Origin: an uncultured Acidobacteriota bacterium
Lineage (GTDB): Bacteria > Acidobacteriota > Thermoanaerobaculia > UBA5066 > Gp7-AA6
Reading direction: 5' to 3'
Length of the DNA: 64,000 bases
NCBI GenBank assembly: GCA_963805495.1
Contig: CAWDUQ010000001.1
Location: forward strand, 429,409-493,408
The notes beneath the pieces were generated by a model. That model did no database searches. It saw only the letters and a program-made list of their open reading frames with translations, and was not told the origin of the DNA. Every line of letters begins with the position of its first letter. Position 1 is the first letter of the stretch. Shown in pieces: positions 1 through 9,092 of the stretch. Both the position numbers and the translations under genes were made by a program.

Positions 1-2000
1 ACAACAGGGGTGCCGCCGCCGGACGGACCGGACGACGGCGTCACGGAGGTAACGGTCGGCGGGTCACCGGTTCCGACGATCGTGAAAATGGAAAAAACGC
101 TCGAGCCCGTCTGGCCGTCGGGATTGGTGACGGCGATCGGATACGGCCCGGCCGCCGCGGCGGTGGTGTCGAGGTCGAGGGTCAATGACTTGGGACCGTT
201 GTAGGCAACGCCGTTGACCACGACGCCGCCGCCGAGCGACGCCGAGATTCGCTTCGGAAAACCGGGCCCCGGGTCGAAGTAGTCGCCGACCAGGGTTCCC
301 GAGATGTCGACGAGGACCGAGGCAAGCCCGACCGCGACGCTCGACGGCTGGGGAGACTGGGGTTGCGGCGGAGGCGGCGCCAGCACCTGCGCCACCTGCA
401 CGCCCCACGAGTCGTCGGCGTTGCAGTACTCCTGGATCGTCCAAAGCGTCATGTCGTCCTCGGGGTCGACGCTCGTGAACGAGTAGTCGCCCCAGCGGCG
501 GGGCGGGCCCGGATCTCCCGGCGGGTTGTAGGCGGCCGTGGTCGACGTGTACGACTGCGGCGGCTGAAGGAGGCCGGGGGGCGCCGAGGCCAGGCGTTCC
601 GTGACGGCCGCCTGAACGGGCTCGGTGGCTCCGGCGACGCTCGCGCCGAGGACGGCGCGCCCCTGGCCGGACACGGCGATCGCCGGCATCCAGTAGAAGC
701 GGGGATCGGCCGCGGCCGCGTCGAAGAGCGTCCCGGACTGGACGAGGGAAGGCGTGCCGGTCGAAACGTCGACCTCGTACCAGCGCGACCCGTCGCGGTC
801 TCCCGGGGCGGCGCCCGACGCATCCACGGCGATGTTGTGCGCCGTCCAGATGCTCCCGGCGCGAAGGCTCGCCGACGAGAGCCGGTCGTCGAGCGCGTCG
901 AGCTCGCCGTCGGCGCCGAACAGGTTGCCGGCGTGGGGGACCGTCAGCGGCAATGCCGTCGCGGCGACGGTCAGGGGCAGGTTCGCGGAGATCGAGGCGG
1001 GCGGCCAGGCGTCCGGAGCGCCGTAGGCGAGCTTGCGAAAGACGAGCGTCCCGAAACCGGCGTTGTCGACCCCGACGATCCACGACTCGAGCGACGCCGC
1101 GTCGAACAGGTTGTCGACCCCCTGCGGCGCGTAGGGGCCGGGGCCCGTCGGGGTGCCCGTCAGGTTGCGAAACGCGCTTGCGGCGCCGCTATCCGCCAGG
1201 TCGCCGCCGTCGCCCGTGAGGAGCTCGCTCTTGCGGACGGCGTGGACGGTGACTCCCTGGAACGCACCGACGGCGTCGAAGACGTTGCCGCCGATGACGA
1301 GCGCATGGACGTCGACTCCGAGCGAAGCCGAGTCGAGGAATGTGTTCGTGTCGCCGGGCGGGTCGTCGAGGTCGTGCTGGAAGTAGGAGTACGTCCACAC
1401 CGTCGTGTCGGAGATGATGCCGTTCGAGGCCGCGTCGGTCACGGCCACGAGCACCCGATTGCCGGTCGCCGTGAAGCTCAAGGCGGTCACGAACCACCGC
1501 GACGAGAGGCGGTCGTACCGCACCCGCGGCGTGCCCGTCCCGCTCCCGTTGCGCACGCTCGTAAAGAACGTGTCGAGGTCGACGTCGAGGACGCCGTCGG
1601 CCGTCCCGGAAGCCTTGGAGAACGTGCGGACCCGGCCGTTGATGCAGACGAAAAACTGCGTCGGGCCGGCCGCCCCCATCGTGTCCGGCGGAAAGGCATC
1701 GCTGTCGGCGAGGGTCGCGCCGAGGAAGCTCGTAGCGATGGAGAGCGGGGCCGACCCCGCGGCGGCGAACGCCGGCGCGGGGGAGCCGGAAACGCGCGGG
1801 GACGCCCCGTTCACAGGGAGGTTGCGCCGCGGTGCCGCCCGGCGCGGCGGGGCCAGTCTCCTCCCCGCCGGAGGAGCGGCCGGGATCGCCATGATCTGCC
1901 GGACCGAGAGTCGGTACGGTGAGCTTTCGGCACCCGCCGTCACCTGGCCGAGGGCGAGGAGCGCGAGCACCGACGCGGCCGCGCGAATTCTGGGGTTCAT
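1..2000 (-). CDS. Large secreted protein, IPT/TIG-like domain beginning at the window edge (partial, runs off left end)
   Basis: Not in the ORF track because it has no stop in the window. AGGAG RBS, ATG at 2000, signal peptide MNPRIRAAASVLALLALG; motifs PPDTMGAAGP, YDRLSSRWFV, RRWGDYS; ends PTVTSVTPSSGPSGGGTPVV (IPT/TIG start). Confidence 0.8.
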   Translation of the reverse strand, partial: MNPRIRAAASVLALLALGQVTAGAESSPYRLSVRQIMAIPAAPPAGRRLAPPRRAAPRRNLPVNGASPRVSGSPAPAFAAAGSAPLSIATSFLGATLADSDAFPPDTMGAAGPTQFFVCINGRVRTFSKASGTADGVLDVDLDTFFTSVRNGSGTGTPRVRYDRLSSRWFVTALSFTATGNRVLVAVTDAASNGIISDTTVWTYSYFQHDLDDPPGDTNTFLDSASLGVDVHALVIGGNVFDAVGAFQGVTVHAVRKSELLTGDGGDLADSGAASAFRNLTGTPTGPGPYAPQGVDNLFDAASLESWIVGVDNAGFGTLVFRKLAYGAPDAWPPASISANLPLTVAATALPLTVPHAGNLFGADGELDALDDRLSSASLRAGSIWTAHNIAVDASGAAPGDRDGSRWYEVDVSTGTPSLVQSGTLFDAAAADPRFYWMPAIAVSGQGRAVLGASVAGATEPVQAAVTERLASAPPGLLQPPQSYTSTTAAYNPPGDPGPPRRWGDYSFTSVDPEDDMTLWTIQEYCNADDSWGVQVAQVLAPPPPQPQSPQPSSVAVGLASVLVDISGTLVGDYFDPGPGFPKRISASLGGGVVVNGVAYNGPKSLTLDLDTTAAAAGPYPIAVTNPDGQTGSSVFSIFTIVGTGDPPTVTSVTPSSGPSGGGTPV

Positions 2001-2052
2001 CAGGACTCCTGTGACGGGATGGGCGGTAGATTAGCAGGCTGGAGGTGCGTCG

Positions 2053-3057
2053 ATGCGATGGAAGGCCGGCACGTTCGGGATTCTCTGCGCGGCGGTGGCC
2101 GCGGCGGCCGACCCGCCGACGCTGCGCTACGTCCCGAAGCACGACGAGCTCAAGTACACGTTCGGCGGCGTGGCCCCGACGCACCGCATCGCGCCGGGAA
2201 CGCGGATCGTCACGTGGACGGAAGACTGCTACGACGGCGCGGTCACGCAGCCCGGGCAGCTCCCGAGCAAGGTCCAACCGGCCGGACACGACAACCCGCA
2301 GACGGGACCGTTCTACGTCGAAGGGGCCGAGCCGGGCGACACGCTCGCGATCCACATCGAGAAGCTCGAGCCGGCCCGCGCCTACGGCATTTCGTCGCAG
2401 TTTCCCGGGTTCGGCGCGCTCTCCGGCACCGACCGCACGGCGGTGCTCCAGCCGGACCTGCCGGAACGCGTCTGGTTCTACGAGGTCGACCGCGGGAAGA
2501 ACGTGGCGCGCACGCGCTCATCCGACGGCAAGCGCTCCTGGGAGGTCCCGCTCGCGCCGTTCCTCGGCTGTCTCGGCGTGTCGCCGCCGTACGGCGAGGC
2601 GCGGTCGACGATCGTCCCCGACAACTTCGGCGGCAACATGGACTGCCCGGAGGTGCGCGCCGGCAACACCGTCTACCTCGGCGTGCGGGTCCCGGGAGGG
2701 CTGCTCTCCTTCGGCGACGGGCACTACGCGATGGGCGACGGCGAGATCATCGGAACGGCGATCGAGGGGGCGATGAACGTCGAGCTCGTCGTCGAGCTCA
2801 TCAAGGGCCGGGAGACGCCGTGGCCGCGGATCGAGAACACCGACTGGATGATGTCGCTCGGCGCCGCGCGGCCGCTCGAGGACGCCGCCCGCATCGCGTT
2901 CAAGGACATGGTCCAGTGGGTCATGGAGAAGAGCGGCCTCGACGAACTGGACGCTTACCAGTTCGTCTCGCAGAACGCCGTCTCCCCGGTCGTCGAGATG
3001 GTCGACCCCCTCTACACCGTCCTCGTCAAGATCCCCAAGGCCCGCCTCCCGAAATAG
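2053..3057 (+). CDS. Acetamidase/formamidase family protein with signal peptide
   Basis: GGAGG RBS; motifs NPQTGPFYVEGAEPGDTL, PDNFGGNMD, GDGHYAMGDGEI-GTAIE. Confidence 0.9.
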   Translation: MRWKAGTFGILCAAVAAAADPPTLRYVPKHDELKYTFGGVAPTHRIAPGTRIVTWTEDCYDGAVTQPGQLPSKVQPAGHDNPQTGPFYVEGAEPGDTLAIHIEKLEPARAYGISSQFPGFGALSGTDRTAVLQPDLPERVWFYEVDRGKNVARTRSSDGKRSWEVPLAPFLGCLGVSPPYGEARSTIVPDNFGGNMDCPEVRAGNTVYLGVRVPGGLLSFGDGHYAMGDGEIIGTAIEGAMNVELVVELIKGRETPWPRIENTDWMMSLGAARPLEDAARIAFKDMVQWVMEKSGLDELDAYQFVSQNAVSPVVEMVDPLYTVLVKIPKARLPK

Positions 3058-3060
3058 TCG

Positions 3061-4093
3061 GGGGTCAGGTCTCGATTTTTCGGTTTTGCGCGACCGCCTG
3101 TCCCGTGTCGCGACAATTCATTTGTGATGGCTCGTCCCTTGCGACTCGAACACGCCGGAGCGCTGTGGCACGTCACCAGCCGGGGCAACGAGCGTCGGCG
3201 CATCTTTCGCGATGCTTGCGACCGCAGAGTCTTCCTGAGCGTCCTCGCCGACGCGATCGGCCGGTACGGGTGGCGCCTGCACGCTTACGTCCTGATGGGG
3301 AACCACTACCACCTTCTCGTCGAGACGCCGGAGGCGAACCTCTCGGACGGCATGCATCGGCTCAACGCCATCCATTCGCAGCGGTTCAACCGGAGGCACG
3401 GGCGCGTCGGGCACCTGCTGCAGGGGCGTTTCAAGGGAATCCTGGTCGAGAAAGAGCGCCACCTCCTCGAACTCGTCCGATACCTCGTGCTCAACCCGGT
3501 CCGGGCCGGCCTGGTCCCCACCGCGGTGGAGTGGCCCTGGAGCAACTTCCGGGCGACGGCCGGCCTGTCACCGTGCCCGACGTGGCTCGAAACGGAATGG
3601 ACGATTGCGCAGTTCGGCGGCGGCGCCGCGGCGCGCGAAGCCTATCGCGAGTTCGTGACGGCGGGCGCGGCCGTCGTCGACCGTCCGTGGAGACGGATTG
3701 CGGGACAACTGTTCCTCGGTAGCGACGAATTCCGCCGGCGGATGCGGGGGATGCTCGCGGCACAGGCGGTCAGCAGGGAAGTGCCTCTCGCGCAGCGCCG
3801 GGCGATCCGACCGGACCTTTCGGACGTCGTGCGCGCATCGGCCAGGGTCCTGGGCACGGATCCCTCGCAAGTCATTGAGCGCGGGTGCACGGCGCTGCGA
3901 CTGGTCGTGGCCTACGTGGGTCGTCGCGATTCCATGGCGAAGCTGGCCGACCTCGGATCGACGCTGGGTGTCTCGACGACGTCGGCGCATGAGATCTGCG
4001 CCTCGGCCCGCCGGTTGAGCCTTTGCGAGCCCGAATTCCGGGACCTCCTGAAGCGCGTCCGCGCGGAGATCCGAAAAATCCAGACCTGACCCC
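3061..4093. mobile_element. Y1-transposase element bounded by 23-bp inverted repeats
   Basis: GGGGTCAGGTCTCGATTTTTCGG (3061-3083) versus reverse complement of 4071-4093 GGGGTCAGGTCTGGATTTTTCGG (22/23). Flanking direct repeat 3043-3058 / 4103-4118 (15/16). Confidence 0.7.
3127..4089 (+). CDS. HUH Y1 tyrosine transposase (RAYT / IS200-like) with C-terminal HTH
   Basis: MARPLR...WHVTSRGNERRRIF, HUH motif NHYHLL, GHLLQGRFK, catalytic RYLVLNPVRAG, WPWS; C-terminal helical region resembles a DnaA_C-like HTH. Confidence 0.9.
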   Translation: MARPLRLEHAGALWHVTSRGNERRRIFRDACDRRVFLSVLADAIGRYGWRLHAYVLMGNHYHLLVETPEANLSDGMHRLNAIHSQRFNRRHGRVGHLLQGRFKGILVEKERHLLELVRYLVLNPVRAGLVPTAVEWPWSNFRATAGLSPCPTWLETEWTIAQFGGGAAAREAYREFVTAGAAVVDRPWRRIAGQLFLGSDEFRRRMRGMLAAQAVSREVPLAQRRAIRPDLSDVVRASARVLGTDPSQVIERGCTALRLVVAYVGRRDSMAKLADLGSTLGVSTTSAHEICASARRLSLCEPEFRDLLKRVRAEIRKIQT

Positions 4094-4133
4094 ATATGAT
4101 TTCGCCTCCCGAATTAGTAATGTCGCCGCCGCC

Positions 4134-4811
4134 ATGAAGATCTGGAAGAAGCTGCTGATCGGGCTCGGAGCGGTCGTGGTGCTCGCCGCGGCCGCGTTCA
4201 CGTACATGGTCGGCGGTCCGCGCAGCGTCATCGGGATGCTGCGCTACGACCAGCGCGAGGAGGGGACGCTCCGGGTCGGCGACCGGGCGCCGGACGTGGG
4301 CCTCATCGCGCTCGACGGCTCGACTCCCGTCCGGCTGGCGAGCGAGCTCGGCGGGAAGCCGACGGTCCTGATCTTCGGCAGCTTCACCTGACCTCCCTTT
4401 CGCCGCTCGGTCGAGCGGGTCCTGGCGATGCGAAAGAGGTACGCCGACCACGCTCGATTCGTGACCCTGTACATCAAGGAGGCGCACCCGCTCGACGAGT
4501 GGCAGATGGACTCGAACGTGGACGAAGGCGTCTGCTACCCGCAGCCCGTGAATCTCGGAGACCGCCTGAGGATCGCCAACGACTTCGTCCGGCGCTTCCA
4601 TTACGACATCCCGCTCTACGTCGACCCGATCGAGAACCCGGCCAACGCGGCCTACGCGGGCTGGCCGGAGCGCCTCTACGTCGTCGACGAAGGCGGCACG
4701 ATCGTCTACAAGGGCAAGCCTGGCCCCTTCGGCTATCACCCGGAGGAAGTCGAAGCCTGGCTCGCGAAGCGGTTTCCCGACGTCAGCGCTCCGCCGGCGC
4801 CGGCATCCTGA
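4134..4811 (+). CDS. Iodothyronine-deiodinase-like thioredoxin-fold selenoprotein (in-frame TGA 4389-4391 = Sec)
   Basis: ORFs 4023..4391 and 4428..4811 share a frame. Read-through gives KPTVLIFGSFT-U-PPFR...LYIKEAHPLDEW...YAGWPERLYVV...YKGKPGPFGY, matching the deiodinase FGSxTUPPF motif. N-terminal TM segment. Confidence 0.85.
4391..4440 (+). promoter_or_regulatory. Candidate bacterial SECIS hairpin
   Basis: Stem CCGCTC (4403-4408) / GAGCGG (4413-4418), loop GGTC starting 17 nt after the TGA; bulged lower stem ACCTC..TTTCG / CGAAAGAGGT. Confidence 0.6.
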
Positions 4812-5283
4812 ACTCGTTTCTCCGCTTCCAGAGATAAAGAAGAATCGCCACGTTGATGGCGAGGAGCACGTAGCCTCGTACGCGCGCCGGACGGTGCGCG
4901 ATCTCGTAGATCTCGGCCGGAACGGCCGCGGTCGTCAGCGCGATCGTGAAGTAAGGGGACCACCACACACGCGCCAGCAGGCACGAGCCCTCGACGGCGA
5001 ACACCACGCCGATCAGGACCGCCGCGAACCCGAGGGCCTGGACCTGGCCGGGCGTGAAGGCCGAGAGCAGGGCCGCGACGTCTCGGATGGTCACCCGGCT
5101 CTCCTCGACGCCGACGGCTCGGGCGAACAGCATCGGCCCGGAACGCGCGGAGAGGTGGGCGATCCGGAGGATGACGCCGCCGACGAGCAGGAACCCCGCG
5201 GCCTTCAAGTACTTGAACACGATGATCCCGATGAACCCCGGGGTCAGCCGGGGACGGGTGGCGGCCGGGTCTTCGGTTAGCAT
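4783..5283 (-). CDS. DUF2127-like membrane protein
   Basis: Several TM helices; IIVFKYLKAAGFLL, AVEGSCL...WWSPYFT, VPAEIYEI, INVAILLYLW. Confidence 0.75.
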   Translation of the reverse strand: MLTEDPAATRPRLTPGFIGIIVFKYLKAAGFLLVGGVILRIAHLSARSGPMLFARAVGVEESRVTIRDVAALLSAFTPGQVQALGFAAVLIGVVFAVEGSCLLARVWWSPYFTIALTTAAVPAEIYEIAHRPARVRGYVLLAINVAILLYLWKRRNEFRMPAPAER

Positions 5284-5379
5284 CGGGAACGCCGGCAGTT
5301 TCCCATACACGCGGAGCCGACCCTGCGCGCGGTTTCCGGTTATTCTCATGGGCCCCCGTTCGGGGCTTTCGGAGGTCCC

Positions 5380-7320
5380 ATGTTTCCGTCCCACATCCCC
5401 GCCCGCCGCATCGTCTTCGCGGCCGTCGGGTTGTTGTTCGCTCTTCCCCTCCGCGCCGCCACGTACCGGGCCGGCGCGGATGCCGACCTCGCCCGCCGCG
5501 CCCCCGTGATCGTCCGGGCCTCGGTCGTGTCGCTGGAATCGCGGCTCGAGACCGTGGCCGGCCTCCGGCGGCCGTTCACGATCGTCACGCTGGCGACCCT
5601 GGAGACGATCCGGGGGCAGGTGCCCGAAGCCTTCTCCGTGCGGCTCCCGGGCGGACACGTCGGGGACACGACCGCATGGATTCCCGGCACGCCTCGCTTC
5701 GCGGTCGGCTCCGAGGTCGTGCTCTTTCTCGATCGCGTCGCGGGCCTGTCCCGCACCTACCGACTGACCGAGTTCGGCATGTCGAAGTTCGACCTCGTCG
5801 TCGACGACGCGGGACGCTCCTTCGCGGTGCGCTCCGCCTTCGACCCACGCGAGGACCTCGTGGCCGCCGACCGTTCCGACGTCCTGTCGTCGCTCTCCGA
5901 GAAATCCGCGGTCCCGGCCCGCGACGCCGAATCGTTCCTCGCGGCGCTGCGGGCGATCGGCGCCGGGCGGGGGCCCGGCGAGATCGTGTGGCGCGAGCGG
6001 TCCTCCAACGGCGGCGCCGGACGGCGTCCCAAGTGGGCGAACATCGGCGGCCGCGAGCCCGGCGACTGCGGCGCCGACGGTCCGTGTCTCTTCCGGTGGT
6101 TCTGGGACACGGGGGCGTCGGACGACGGCCTCGTCTCGGTCACCGGGACCCAGTCGAACCTGAACGCCGACGATGCCGCCGGCTGCGGCACCGATTCCCT
6201 CTGCGACGTGCAGCATGGCCTCGACGGCTGGACCGGGATCGCGGGGACGCGGGTCGTCTACGGGGGGCTCGCGCCCGGCGGGAACGTCAACGTCGCGCTC
6301 GACGCGCTGCAGGATTTCACCGGTGGCGTGTGGACGACCGCGCTCGGCTGCGGCGGCGGGGTCATCGGCCTCGGCGGTCCGTCGAATGCGACGGGCCCGC
6401 ACACGTACCGGGGCGACACCACCTACTACGCCACGCAGAGCGCCGACGTCTCGATGCGCAAGATCACCTGCGCCGCGGGCTACTCGGCCCGCACTTTCAA
6501 GACCGCCGTGATGCACGAGATCGGCCACACCCTCGGTCTCGGGCACCCGGACGAGGACGTCAGCACCCACAGCACCACCCCGTCGAGCGCATGGAGCGGG
6601 GCCGTGATGCACTCCGTCGTCCCGGCGGCCGCGCCCGACACGCCCCAGACGGACGACATCCAGGGGATCCAGTACCTCTACACGACGGGCTCGCTCGGGA
6701 CGCTGCCCTCGGCCAGCTTCTCCTTCGCGCCCGCTTCGCCGGTCGCGGGCGTCCCGGTCCAGTTCACCGACGGGTCGGCCGGCGGCCCGACGGTCTGGAC
6801 CTGGGACTTCGGCGACCCGACGTCGGGTTCGAGCAACGCCTCGACGGCGCGCAATCCGAGCCACGCTTTCTCCTCGCCGGGCAGCTACACGGTCACCCTC
6901 GCCGCCGCGAGCGCGACCGGAACGGGGACGACGACGAAGACCCTCGTGGTCGCGGCGGGGTCGACCGCCCCCTGCGCGCCGAGCTCGACGACGATCTGTC
7001 TCAGCAACAACCGCTTCGCGGTGACGGCGGCCTACGCGACCGGCCAGGCGAGCGGGAATGGGACGGGAACGAAGCTCACCGCCGACTCGGGATACTTCAC
7101 CTTCTTCAGCGCCTCCAACATCGAGGTGGTCCTGAAAGTGCTGAATGCCTGCACGCTCCAGCCGCCCCGGTTCTGGGTCTTCGCCGCCGGTCTGACGAAC
7201 GTCGAGGTGACTCTGACGGTCACGGACACGCTAACGGGGGCCGTCAAGACGTACGTCAATCCCCGGGGGACGCCCTACCAGCCGCTGCAGGACACGAGCG
7301 CGTTTTCGACCTGTCCCTGA
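5380..7320 (+). CDS. Secreted matrixin-like zinc metalloprotease with PKD domain and C-terminal Cys-containing domain
   Basis: GGAGG RBS, signal peptide, metzincin motif HEIGHTLGLGH with Met-turn AVM, PKD motif WTWDFGD. Confidence 0.85.
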   Translation: MFPSHIPARRIVFAAVGLLFALPLRAATYRAGADADLARRAPVIVRASVVSLESRLETVAGLRRPFTIVTLATLETIRGQVPEAFSVRLPGGHVGDTTAWIPGTPRFAVGSEVVLFLDRVAGLSRTYRLTEFGMSKFDLVVDDAGRSFAVRSAFDPREDLVAADRSDVLSSLSEKSAVPARDAESFLAALRAIGAGRGPGEIVWRERSSNGGAGRRPKWANIGGREPGDCGADGPCLFRWFWDTGASDDGLVSVTGTQSNLNADDAAGCGTDSLCDVQHGLDGWTGIAGTRVVYGGLAPGGNVNVALDALQDFTGGVWTTALGCGGGVIGLGGPSNATGPHTYRGDTTYYATQSADVSMRKITCAAGYSARTFKTAVMHEIGHTLGLGHPDEDVSTHSTTPSSAWSGAVMHSVVPAAAPDTPQTDDIQGIQYLYTTGSLGTLPSASFSFAPASPVAGVPVQFTDGSAGGPTVWTWDFGDPTSGSSNASTARNPSHAFSSPGSYTVTLAAASATGTGTTTKTLVVAAGSTAPCAPSSTTICLSNNRFAVTAAYATGQASGNGTGTKLTADSGYFTFFSASNIEVVLKVLNACTLQPPRFWVFAAGLTNVEVTLTVTDTLTGAVKTYVNPRGTPYQPLQDTSAFSTCP

Positions 7321-7329
7321 GCGCCCGAA

Positions 7330-8511
7330 TCAGGCCCGGCGTCGTCGGAGATTCGCTCCCGCGAGCCGGCGCGCCGCGTCCCGAAGCGTCGACTCCTTCT
7401 TCGCGAAGTTGAACCTCACCTTCGTCCTTCCCCCGCCGCGGGCGTAGAAGCTCGAGCCCGGGACGGCGGTGACGCCGACCTTCCGGGCGAGAAAGTCGAC
7501 GAAAGCCTCGTCGTCCTTCCAGCCGAGACCCGCGGCGTCGGCCATGACGTAGTAAGCGCCTTCGGGCGGGGAAAAGGTCAGGCCCGCGGAGGAAAGGGCC
7601 GAGAGCAGGATCTCGCGCCTGGCCGCGTATTTGCGCCGCATGTCGGCGTAGTAAGCGTCCGGCAGCGCGAGCGCCGCGAGCCCGGCTTTCTGGAAGAGGG
7701 TCGGCGCGCAGATCGTCAGGTAGTCGTGAACCTTGCGCACGAGGTGGGTCAGGCGCGGCGCGGCGACGGCCCAGCCCACCCGCCAGCCCGTGACGGCGTA
7801 GGTCTTTCCGAGCCCCGAAAGCGTCACCGTTCGGTCTTCCATGCCCGGAAGCGACCCCAGGCTGACGTGGCGGTGCGGCTCGAACCAGATGTGCTCGTAG
7901 ATTTCGTCGGTCACGGCGACGAGGCCGTGGCGCTGGCAGACCTTCGCGATCTCGCCGAGCTCTTCGCGCGAGAATACGCGGCCGGACGGATTGCCCGGCG
8001 TGTTGACGAGCACGAGGCGGGTTCGGGGCGTGATCGCCCGCGCGAGGCGGCCCGCGTCGAGCCGGAAATCGGGGCCCGCGAGGGCCACGAACCGCGGCCG
8101 CACGCCCGCGAGGACGCAAGCCGGCACGTAGTTCTCGTACCAGGGCTCGAAGATCACGGCCTCGTCTCCCGGCTCCGTCAGCGCGAGGACCGCGGCGGCG
8201 ACCGCCTCCGAGACGCCGCAGGTGATCGTGACCTCCGTGTCGGGGTCGGCGCGGATCCCGTTGATGCGCGCCGTCTTTCCGGCGACCGCGGCGCGGAATT
8301 CCGGCGTGCCCCAGGTGAACCCGTATTGGTGACTCGAAGGATCGCCGGCGGCGCGCGCGAGCGCGGCCACCAGAGACTCGGGAGGCTCGAAGTCCGGCAG
8401 TCCCTGCGCGAGGTTCACGCCCCCGACCTCGGCGTGCAGACGCGTCATCTCCCGGATCACGGACTCGCGAAACGGGCGCGTGCGCCGGGAAAGCGCGCGG
8501 ACCGAGGTCAT
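7330..8511 (-). CDS. PLP-dependent aminotransferase class I/II
   Basis: NLAQGLPDF, NTPGNPSG, DEIYEH, SGLGKTYAVTGWRVGW, VRFNFAK. Confidence 0.9.
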   Translation of the reverse strand: MTSVRALSRRTRPFRESVIREMTRLHAEVGGVNLAQGLPDFEPPESLVAALARAAGDPSSHQYGFTWGTPEFRAAVAGKTARINGIRADPDTEVTITCGVSEAVAAAVLALTEPGDEAVIFEPWYENYVPACVLAGVRPRFVALAGPDFRLDAGRLARAITPRTRLVLVNTPGNPSGRVFSREELGEIAKVCQRHGLVAVTDEIYEHIWFEPHRHVSLGSLPGMEDRTVTLSGLGKTYAVTGWRVGWAVAAPRLTHLVRKVHDYLTICAPTLFQKAGLAALALPDAYYADMRRKYAARREILLSALSSAGLTFSPPEGAYYVMADAAGLGWKDDEAFVDFLARKVGVTAVPGSSFYARGGGRTKVRFNFAKKESTLRDAARRLAGANLRRRRA

Positions 8512-8637
8512 GGAATCCGGATTATGTCCCGGCTCGCTGCAGGTTCGGCTTCGGCGAGGTCGTCTTCGGTGCTAACATTTGTCGAACCTGGCGCTTTGCT
8601 CCGAATGCGACGCTTCGGTTCGAGGAGGGCAGACCGC

Positions 8638-9042
8638 ATGGCAGGATGGGGCCGGGATCAACATCAGCCGGAGCCGTGGACGCACGAGGGGCGCGCGATC
8701 ATGAACGCCGCCGGGTGGACGCTGGCCAAGACCATTTTCGAGGCCGATGCCCGCCGCATCGTGGCCGCCGTCAACGACGTTCTGGGGATCCCGACGGCCG
8801 CCCTCGAGTCTGGATTCATCCGTGAAATCCTGGTTCCGCGGCCCGAATCCACGAGTGCGGTGACGATTCGCATCCATCCGCTGCCGGCCGAAACGGCCGC
8901 CCTCGATCCGGCCGAATTCTTCATCCACGACCGCCGTGTCGGCGACCGCCGGCAGGGCGACCGGCGAAAGGTTGATCGCCGCCGGGGAATGGCCGAGAAC
9001 CCCCGGATTCTGTCGGTCGCCGACGGGCCCGCGGGCCGCTGA
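8638..9042 (+). CDS. Hypothetical protein with DRRxxDRR repeats
   Basis: GAGGAGG RBS before ATG 8638; ends DRRVGDRRQGDRRKVDRRR. Confidence 0.6.
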   Translation: MAGWGRDQHQPEPWTHEGRAIMNAAGWTLAKTIFEADARRIVAAVNDVLGIPTAALESGFIREILVPRPESTSAVTIRIHPLPAETAALDPAEFFIHDRRVGDRRQGDRRKVDRRRGMAENPRILSVADGPAGR

Positions 9043-9092
9043 CGCGCGGCCGGGCGAACGTTTAGGGCAGGGGCCGCGCCGGGGCTCCGCCG

